Assembly: GCA_050015075.1 (NCBI GenBank)
Contig: JBEKCB010000032.1
Coordinates: 1-62,806 of the forward strand
Source: Candidatus Brocadiia bacterium
GTDB taxonomy: Bacteria; Planctomycetota; Brocadiia; CAIUPP01
Reading direction: 5' to 3'
Length of the DNA stretch: 62,806 nucleotides
Shown here: in pieces, positions 56,362 through 62,806 of the stretch
Numbering within the stretch: the stretch's first letter is position 1
How the letters are laid out: each line of letters begins with the position of its first letter
Translations under genes and position numbers: made by a program
Notes under the pieces: generated by a model
Told to the model about the DNA's origin: nothing
The model's input: only the letters and a program-made list of their open reading frames with translations
The model's database searches: none

Positions 56362-58365
56362 ATGAAAGATCGCCTGGCCTGGGGCATTCTGGGAACCGGC
56401 GCCATCGCGCGCACCTTCGCCAAGGCAGTGGCGGAGTCCGAGAAGGGGCGCCTCGTCGGCGTCGGCAGCCGCTCGAAGGAAACGGCCGAGGCGTTCGGCG
56501 CGCAGTTCGGCATCGCGCGCCGGCATGGCAGCTACGAGGAACTGCTCGCCGACCCGCAAGTCCAGGCGGTATATATCGCGACGCCGCATCCGGTGCACGC
56601 GGAATGGACGATCAAGGCCGCGGAAGCCGGAAAGCACATCCTCTGCGAGAAACCGCTCGCGCTGAACTACCCCGAAGCGATGGCCTCCATCGAGGCCGCG
56701 CGGCGTCATGATGTCTTCCTCATGGAGGCGTTCATGTACCGCTGCCACCCGCAGACGGCGCGGCTCGTCGAGTTGATCCGCTCCAAGGCGATCGGCGATG
56801 TGTGCGTCATCCACGCTACGTTCAGCTTCGCCGGCCCATCGAATGAGGAAGCTCGCCTGCTCAAGAACTCCCTGGGCGGCGGCGGAATCCTCGACGTCGG
56901 CTGCTACTGCGTTTCGATCGCGCGGCTCGTCGCGGGCGCCGCGCTGGGGAAGGACTTCGCGGAGCCGGTCGAGCTGACCGGCTGCGGCAAACTCAACGCG
57001 GTCACCGGTGCGGATGAGTGGGCCATCGCCTCGCTGAAGTTTCCCGGCGGCATCGTCGCGGAGCTTTCGACCGGCGTGCGCGTGACGCAGGAAAACGTCG
57101 TCCGCATTGACGGATCGGAAGGGAGCATTTTCCTGCCCGATCCCTTCGTGCCTGCGCGCAACGGCGGCACGACGCGCATCCTCCTCCGGAAACGCGGCCA
57201 GGCCGAGCCGCAGGAGATCGCGGTGGAGTGCCCGCTGCCGCTCTACTCGATCGAGGCCGATACGGTCGCGGATCACATCGCCGAGCGGCAGGCGCCGTCG
57301 CCGGCGATGACCTGGGAAGACAGCCTCGGCAACATGAAATCGCTGGATCGCTGGCGGCAGGCCGTCGGCGTCGTCTACGATGCGGAGAAACCCGGGGCGA
57401 ATCGGCTGCCGGTCCATCGGCGGCCGCTGGCCGTGCGGAAGGACCACCGGATGAAATTCGGCCGGATACCGGGGATCGAAGCGCCCGTCTCGCGGCTGGT
57501 CATGGGCGCGGACAACCAGACGACTCTGCCGATGGCGCAGGTGATGTTCGACGATTTCTTCGAGTCCGGCGGGAATTGCTTCGACACCGCCTGGATCTAC
57601 GGCGCCGGAGCGTGCGAAAAAGTCCTCGGGCATTGGGTCAAGGACCGGAACATCCGCCGCCAGGTCATCCTCATTGACAAGGGCGCGCACACGCCGTCCT
57701 GCAACCCGAAGGACCTCACCGCGCAACTCATGCAGAGCCTGGAGCGCCTTCAAACGGACTACCTCGACATCTACATGATGCACCGCGACAATACGGAGAT
57801 CCCGGTCGGCGAATTCGTGGATGTCATGAACGAGCACCAGCGCGCCGGGCGGATACGTGTCTTCGGCGGGTCGAACTGGAGCCTCGAGCGCGTCGAGGCC
57901 GCGAACGAATACGCCCGCTCGCACAAACTGGCCGGCCTTGCGATGGTCAGCAACAACTTCAGTCTCGCGCGGATGATCGAGGCGCCGTGGAAGGGATGCC
58001 TCTCCTCGTCCGACGCGCGCTCGCGCGAGTGGTTCCGCCGCACGCAGATGACGCTCATGTCCTGGTCGAGCCAGGCGCGCGGCTTTTTCGCGGGCGCCGC
58101 GAGCCCGGAGAACCGCTCGGACCCGGAATTGGTCCGCTGCTGGTACAGCGAGGACAACTTCCGGCGCCTGGCGCGCGCCAAGGAAATGGCCGCGAAGCGC
58201 GGCGTTCAGCCGATCAACATCGCCCTCGCCTACGTGCTCTGCCAGCCGTTCCCGACCTTCCCGCTGATCGGCCCGCGGACGCTCAACGAAACCCGCGTCG
58301 CCTTGCAGGGGCTGGAGGTCCAACTCGCGCCGGAGGAACTGCGCCGCCTGAATCTCGAGGACTGA
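56362..58365 (+). CDS. Gfo/Idh/MocA oxidoreductase fused to aldo/keto reductase
   Basis: WGILGTG.IA, LCEKP and DVGCY, then FDTAWIYG, SL.RLQTDY.D.Y..HRD and GGSNW. Confidence 0.88.
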   Translation: MKDRLAWGILGTGAIARTFAKAVAESEKGRLVGVGSRSKETAEAFGAQFGIARRHGSYEELLADPQVQAVYIATPHPVHAEWTIKAAEAGKHILCEKPLALNYPEAMASIEAARRHDVFLMEAFMYRCHPQTARLVELIRSKAIGDVCVIHATFSFAGPSNEEARLLKNSLGGGGILDVGCYCVSIARLVAGAALGKDFAEPVELTGCGKLNAVTGADEWAIASLKFPGGIVAELSTGVRVTQENVVRIDGSEGSIFLPDPFVPARNGGTTRILLRKRGQAEPQEIAVECPLPLYSIEADTVADHIAERQAPSPAMTWEDSLGNMKSLDRWRQAVGVVYDAEKPGANRLPVHRRPLAVRKDHRMKFGRIPGIEAPVSRLVMGADNQTTLPMAQVMFDDFFESGGNCFDTAWIYGAGACEKVLGHWVKDRNIRRQVILIDKGAHTPSCNPKDLTAQLMQSLERLQTDYLDIYMMHRDNTEIPVGEFVDVMNEHQRAGRIRVFGGSNWSLERVEAANEYARSHKLAGLAMVSNNFSLARMIEAPWKGCLSSSDARSREWFRRTQMTLMSWSSQARGFFAGAASPENRSDPELVRCWYSEDNFRRLARAKEMAAKRGVQPINIALAYVLCQPFPTFPLIGPRTLNETRVALQGLEVQLAPEELRRLNLED

Positions 58366-60651
58366 TTGGAACCTTCGGAACGCGTCCGGAAACGTCTCGC
58401 GGTCGCCGGCGTGGTTCAGGGCGTCGGGTTCAGGCCGTTCGTTTACCAGCTTGCCGCGCGACACGGGCTCGCCGGATGGGTGCTGAACGACGCGGAAGGG
58501 GTCAAGATCGAAGTCGAAGGGCCGTGGGAAGCGATCAACCGTTTCGTCCATGACCTTCAGACCGAGCTGCCTCCGCTCGCCCGAATCGCCGACCTTGCGC
58601 AGAGCTTCGTCCCGTCGTCCGGCGAGACGTCGTTCATCATCCGCGAGAGCCGCGCCGGCGCCGAACGCAGCGCGCTCATTTCGCCCGACACGAACGTCTG
58701 CGCCGACTGCCTGAAGGAACTTTTCGATCCCGCCGACCGCCGGTTCCGGTATCCCTTCATCAACTGCACCAACTGCGGCCCGCGCTACACCATCGTCACG
58801 GACGTCCCGTACGACCGGCCGAATACGACGATGAAGGATTTCCCGATGTGCGCGGCGTGCAGCCGGGAATACCACGATCCGGCCGACCGCCGATTCCATG
58901 CCCAGCCGGTCGCGTGCCCGGCCTGCGGACCGGCGGTCCAACTCCAGGACCCGGCCGGACGCCCGCTGGATGCGCCCGACCTGATCCGCGAGGCGGCCGC
59001 GCGGCTGAAGCGGGGCGAAATCCTCGCGATCAAGGGACTCGGCGGATTCCATCTCGCCTGCGACGCCACGAATGAAGAGGCCGTTCGCGAACTCCGCCGG
59101 CGCAAGCGACGCGAGGAAAAACCGTTCGCGGTGATGTCGAACGACATCGAAACCGTCATGCAGTACGCCGAGGCCGGCGAAGCGGAGCGCGAACTTCTCC
59201 TCAGTTTCCGCAGGCCGATTGTCCTGCTGCGCAAGCGCGAGCCGGAACGCCTGGCGCCTTCCGTCGCGCCGCGCAACCGGAGCTACGGCGTCATGCTCCC
59301 GTGTACGCCGATTCAGCATCTGCTGCTGGCGGAGGGCTTCACGGCGCTCGTCATGACCAGCGCCAACGTCAGCGACGAGCCGCTCTGCATCTCGAACACG
59401 GAAGCGATCGAGCGGCTGCGCGGCATCGCCGATGCGTTCCTGGTGCACAACCGCGACATCTGCGCGCGGAGCGACGATTCCATCGCGCGCGTCATGGCCG
59501 GCCGCGAACGCCTCCTGCGCCGGGCGCGCGGATACGTCCCGCTGCCGATCGCCCTCAAGCGCGACGGGCCGAAAGTTCTCGCCGTCGGCGCGGAGCTCAA
59601 AGGCGCCATCTGCCTGACGAAAGGGCGCAACGCCTTCCTCGGCCAGCACCTCGGTGACCTGAAAAACGCACAGGCGCTCGACTTCTTCGAGGAGACCGTG
59701 GCGCACCTCCGCCGGATTCTGGAGATCGAGCCGGAGATCGTGGCGCACGACCTGCACCCGGACTACTTCTCGACGCGCTACGCACTGGAGCTGACGGGCC
59801 TGCCGCTGGTCGGCGTCCAGCATCACCACGCGCATATCGCCGCGGTGCTGGCGGAGCATGGCGAGGAAGGGCCGGTTCTCGGCCTTGCGCTCGACGGGAC
59901 CGGCTTCGGCACGGACGGGACCATCTGGGGCGGCGAGTTCCTCATCGCGGACCTGCGGGATTTTCGCCGCGTCGGGCACCTGGCGCCGATGCCGCTTCCC
60001 GGCGGCGACGCGGCGATCGCCGAACCGTGGCGTACCGCCGTCGCGTATCTCCACGCTGCGTTCGGACCGGAATGGGCGAATCTCGACATCCCGTTCGTAA
60101 AGCGAATGGAGATGGGCCGCGCGCGCGTGGTCATTCAGATGATCGAACGCCGTGTCAATACGCCTTTCACCACGAGCACGGGACGGCTGTTCGACGCGGT
60201 CGCCTCGCTGCTCGGCATCTGCGACCGTAACACGCACGAAGGCCAGGCGCCGATGGAGCTGGAGGCCGCGGCGGCAGAAGACGTAATGAGCGCTCTGCCG
60301 CAGGAGATCCGCCGGGAAAACGGCGTGTTCCTGCTCGACCCGCGCTCGTACATACACTCGGCTGTCGAGCGCCTGCGCGACAATGTTCCGGCTGAGACGA
60401 TCTCGGCGGAGTTCCACAACGGCCTGTGCAACGGCGTAATAGAAACGTGCGAGCGAATCCGCGAAGCGGAGAACATTTCCTCCGTCGCGCTTTCCGGCGG
60501 GGTCTTTCAGAACAAGCTGCTTTTCGAGCGGACCGTCCGCGAGCTGGAGCGCAAAGACTTCCGCGTCCTGACCTACCAACTGGTCCCCCCGAACGACGGC
60601 TGCATCGCCCTGGGCCAGGCCGCAGTGGCGCGCGCGCGGGCGAGCGGATGA
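58366..60651 (+). CDS. hypF: Carbamoyltransferase HypF
   Basis: GVVQGVGFRPF acylphosphatase, four CxxC motifs, IKGLGGFHL, QHHHAH, DGTGFG.DG.IWGGE and PPNDGCIALGQ. Confidence 0.94.
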   Translation: MEPSERVRKRLAVAGVVQGVGFRPFVYQLAARHGLAGWVLNDAEGVKIEVEGPWEAINRFVHDLQTELPPLARIADLAQSFVPSSGETSFIIRESRAGAERSALISPDTNVCADCLKELFDPADRRFRYPFINCTNCGPRYTIVTDVPYDRPNTTMKDFPMCAACSREYHDPADRRFHAQPVACPACGPAVQLQDPAGRPLDAPDLIREAAARLKRGEILAIKGLGGFHLACDATNEEAVRELRRRKRREEKPFAVMSNDIETVMQYAEAGEAERELLLSFRRPIVLLRKREPERLAPSVAPRNRSYGVMLPCTPIQHLLLAEGFTALVMTSANVSDEPLCISNTEAIERLRGIADAFLVHNRDICARSDDSIARVMAGRERLLRRARGYVPLPIALKRDGPKVLAVGAELKGAICLTKGRNAFLGQHLGDLKNAQALDFFEETVAHLRRILEIEPEIVAHDLHPDYFSTRYALELTGLPLVGVQHHHAHIAAVLAEHGEEGPVLGLALDGTGFGTDGTIWGGEFLIADLRDFRRVGHLAPMPLPGGDAAIAEPWRTAVAYLHAAFGPEWANLDIPFVKRMEMGRARVVIQMIERRVNTPFTTSTGRLFDAVASLLGICDRNTHEGQAPMELEAAAAEDVMSALPQEIRRENGVFLLDPRSYIHSAVERLRDNVPAETISAEFHNGLCNGVIETCERIREAENISSVALSGGVFQNKLLFERTVRELERKDFRVLTYQLVPPNDGCIALGQAAVARARASG

Positions 60652-60739
60652 TATTTGGCTTTGCAACTGGCTGGCCATGCCGTACCTACGACAAACCGTT
60701 CCGGCTCCTCTTTCCGATCATGCGCGCGAAGGAGACTTT

Positions 60740-61870
60740 ATGAATGGACGCGAGCGCCTTCACAGCATTCTCAACCGCAAGCCGGTTGATCGGCTCTCCT
60801 GGGCCACACTGGTTGACAGCCAGACGATGTCGCTCATGCCCGAGCCGGAACGGGCGATGACGCCCTGGGAATTCTACCGGCGAATCGGGTGCGACGTGAT
60901 GCAGTTCGGCGGGTACGGTCTGTCGGAAGAGTTCCGGGCGCCGCTGCCGGCGCGCCCCGTCTGGCCGGAAAGGACCATCGAGCGCACGGAGCAGCTCGAC
61001 GGCACGGTTGTGGTGACCAACAAGACTCCCTGGGGCACACTGGTTTCGGCCTCGCGCAACGGCCATCCGGTCAAGTCGTCGGTCGAAACGCTCGGAGATA
61101 TGCGCGTGTTGCGGAGCATGTGGGAGCACATGCGCTATGAGGAAGTCCCCGGACATGAGGAGAGTTTCCGTCGCGCCGAGGCGCTCATCGGCGACTACGG
61201 CATGTACCTGCCAACACTCGATCCTTCACCTGTCCAGCAGTTGATCGAGGTGGACATGGGTGCGGCGAACTTTTACTACCTTCTGCAAGACGCGCCGGAG
61301 GAGATGGAGGCGCTGCTCGGCGTCATGCACGAACGGCGCAAGCAGGAGTATGAAATCGTCGCGCGCCGTACCCCCGCCGAAGCGGTCATCCCGGTCGAGA
61401 ATACCAGCTCGACCCTGACCAGTCCGGCCATCTATGAGCGCCACAGCCTGCCGCAGATCCGCGATTACTGCGCCATCATGCACCGGCGCGGAAAGAAGGT
61501 GGTCCTGCACATGTGCGGCCTGCTGCGAAACCTGCTGCCGATCGTACGCCGCACCGGCTGCGACGGTTACAACGCGACCACACCGCCGACGGTGGGCGAT
61601 ACAACGTTCGACGTTGCCCTGGATACTCTCGGCGAGGAGGCGGTGCTCTTCGGCGGAATCTTCAACCCGAACGTCTTCCAGAAGCCGGGCGTCACGTGCG
61701 AGGAGATACGGGCGGAGTTGGATCGGCTTTACACGCCGCGCATCCGCCGCGCGAACCTGCTCCTCTGGCTCGGCGCGGACGGGTTGCCGACGCCTCTGGA
61801 GAGGTTCCTCTGGGTCGGGGAATGGATGGACGAGAATGCCGATTTGCGAAGTTCACGCGACGCGGGTTAA
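60740..61870 (+). CDS. URO-D / MtaA-CmuA family protein
   Basis: MNGRERL......PVDRL, SP..YE...LP and LHMCG motifs; AGGAG RBS. Confidence 0.7.
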   Translation: MNGRERLHSILNRKPVDRLSWATLVDSQTMSLMPEPERAMTPWEFYRRIGCDVMQFGGYGLSEEFRAPLPARPVWPERTIERTEQLDGTVVVTNKTPWGTLVSASRNGHPVKSSVETLGDMRVLRSMWEHMRYEEVPGHEESFRRAEALIGDYGMYLPTLDPSPVQQLIEVDMGAANFYYLLQDAPEEMEALLGVMHERRKQEYEIVARRTPAEAVIPVENTSSTLTSPAIYERHSLPQIRDYCAIMHRRGKKVVLHMCGLLRNLLPIVRRTGCDGYNATTPPTVGDTTFDVALDTLGEEAVLFGGIFNPNVFQKPGVTCEEIRAELDRLYTPRIRRANLLLWLGADGLPTPLERFLWVGEWMDENADLRSSRDAG

Positions 61871-62116
61871 AGAGAAGACCTCCGGTCACCTTGAGCAGGC
61901 GATCCCCGAAATACCGCAAGGTGGGATTCAGGGAGAACTCTGGCGTTCATTTTGCCAACACGGGGCCAGTGTTGATTTTCCAGAAGGTCATTTCGCGCTC
62001 AGTGTTTGGAGAATTCCACACTACGGACACTGTTCTGGATCCCAACAAGCCTTCTAAGATGTCCTTACGTGGCCAACCCTAAGCTGTTACATCGGCGGCT
62101 TCAAATGCGCTGCATT

Positions 62117-62132
62117 TTGGCATAATAATTGC
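62117..62132 (+). promoter_or_regulatory. Sigma54 (-24/-12) promoter
   Basis: TTGGCATAATAATTGC, a near-consensus GG-N10-GC. Confidence 0.7.
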
Positions 62133-62262
62133 GGCCTGCCTAAGCTAGCAGTACATGGGGACTGCCAAGTGGGTCAGTTGGGTGCCGGCTGTCGCTGAAC
62201 AGGGTGCAAGGCATAGGCAAACGGGAATCACTCCCGCTATTGCCCCAACGGAGGAGCCGCAG

Positions 62263-62806
62263 ATGGGGATCTTCAAATCTCGTGCAGTGTTGTGCCGCAC
62301 ATTCGCTGCCGCAGCGCTTATCCTGTCAACCGCCTCAACCGCGCACGCAGTCGGGTTCGTCCTGCGGTTTGGCGGGTTGGATGGGCCCACCGTTTTCGCC
62401 GGCCGAACCTACTACTATTACCTGACCACGGCGCCGGGCGCCAGCCCCGTCACCGCCGGCGTCAATTGGATCTCAACTTTAACTAACGCGGCGGGCGCGC
62501 CCGGGAATGACATGACCTCAGTGATAACACCACCCGGTGGCGCGCCGGTCACGTTCCAGTTCAACAACCTGGTACAGCCGGCGGCAGCTCCCGGGATCCT
62601 CGAGGGTCAGGCCGCACAGGAAACGGTCGGCGGTACAATGGCCATAGTGCGGACCACGGTCTGGGTGCCTCCCAGCGCGGTACCGGATGCCCGGCCGACG
62701 CAAGTGATCCTCTCGGGCCGGCTTGTCACCGGCAGAGTCATTGTCGCTCCAGGCCCGGATTTCAAATGGTCGCTCCTTAATCCTTTTGGAAATACCGCCA
62801 ACATAA
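62263..62806 (+). CDS. Secreted hypothetical protein, truncated by the window end
   Basis: GGAGGAG RBS; MGIFKSRAVLCRTFAAAALILSTASTAHA signal peptide; frame open to 62806, so missing from the ORF track. Confidence 0.75.
   Translation, partial: MGIFKSRAVLCRTFAAAALILSTASTAHAVGFVLRFGGLDGPTVFAGRTYYYYLTTAPGASPVTAGVNWISTLTNAAGAPGNDMTSVITPPGGAPVTFQFNNLVQPAAAPGILEGQAAQETVGGTMAIVRTTVWVPPSAVPDARPTQVILSGRLVTGRVIVAPGPDFKWSLLNPFGNTANI

Noticed and set aside
56359-60678. 1439-aa minus-strand ORF (likewise 44187-47078, 51664-54384 and 25729-27960)
   Set aside because: Antisense shadows of well-supported genes in GC-rich DNA; no motifs.

Overview
GC-rich chromosomal window from a probably anaerobic Gram-negative bacterium, about 53 CDS, with no rRNA, intact tRNA, CRISPR array, integrase or transposase visible. 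Most of it is recognisable metabolism: larA-etfB-etfA-lctD/glcD lactate use, pdhABC without E3, an Rrf2-headed hcp/rubredoxin stress operon plus fprA, argH, a Re-citrate-synthase-like enzyme, dtxR-feoB-dtxR/feoA, ilvBNC-leuA with a leader-peptide attenuator, mdtABC-OMF efflux, an orphan hypF and two URO-D-family proteins. The stand-out region is about 14.0-18.2 kb. There, five degenerate same-orientation copies of an unannotated 130-230 bp module separate unrelated short minus-strand genes. Four copies carry a sigma70 promoter (TTGACN-N16-TANAAT); three of these continue into a fixed-position 22-nt hairpin and a 15-nt terminal motif. The result is a promoter-cassette array without a recombinase, possibly built from IS1380/ISEcp1-like right ends (inference), bordered by a degenerate tRNA-like sequence. 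Several families of intergenic palindromic repeats and two sigma54-type promoters ahead of secreted proteins are also present. All calls are by eye; no searches were run.
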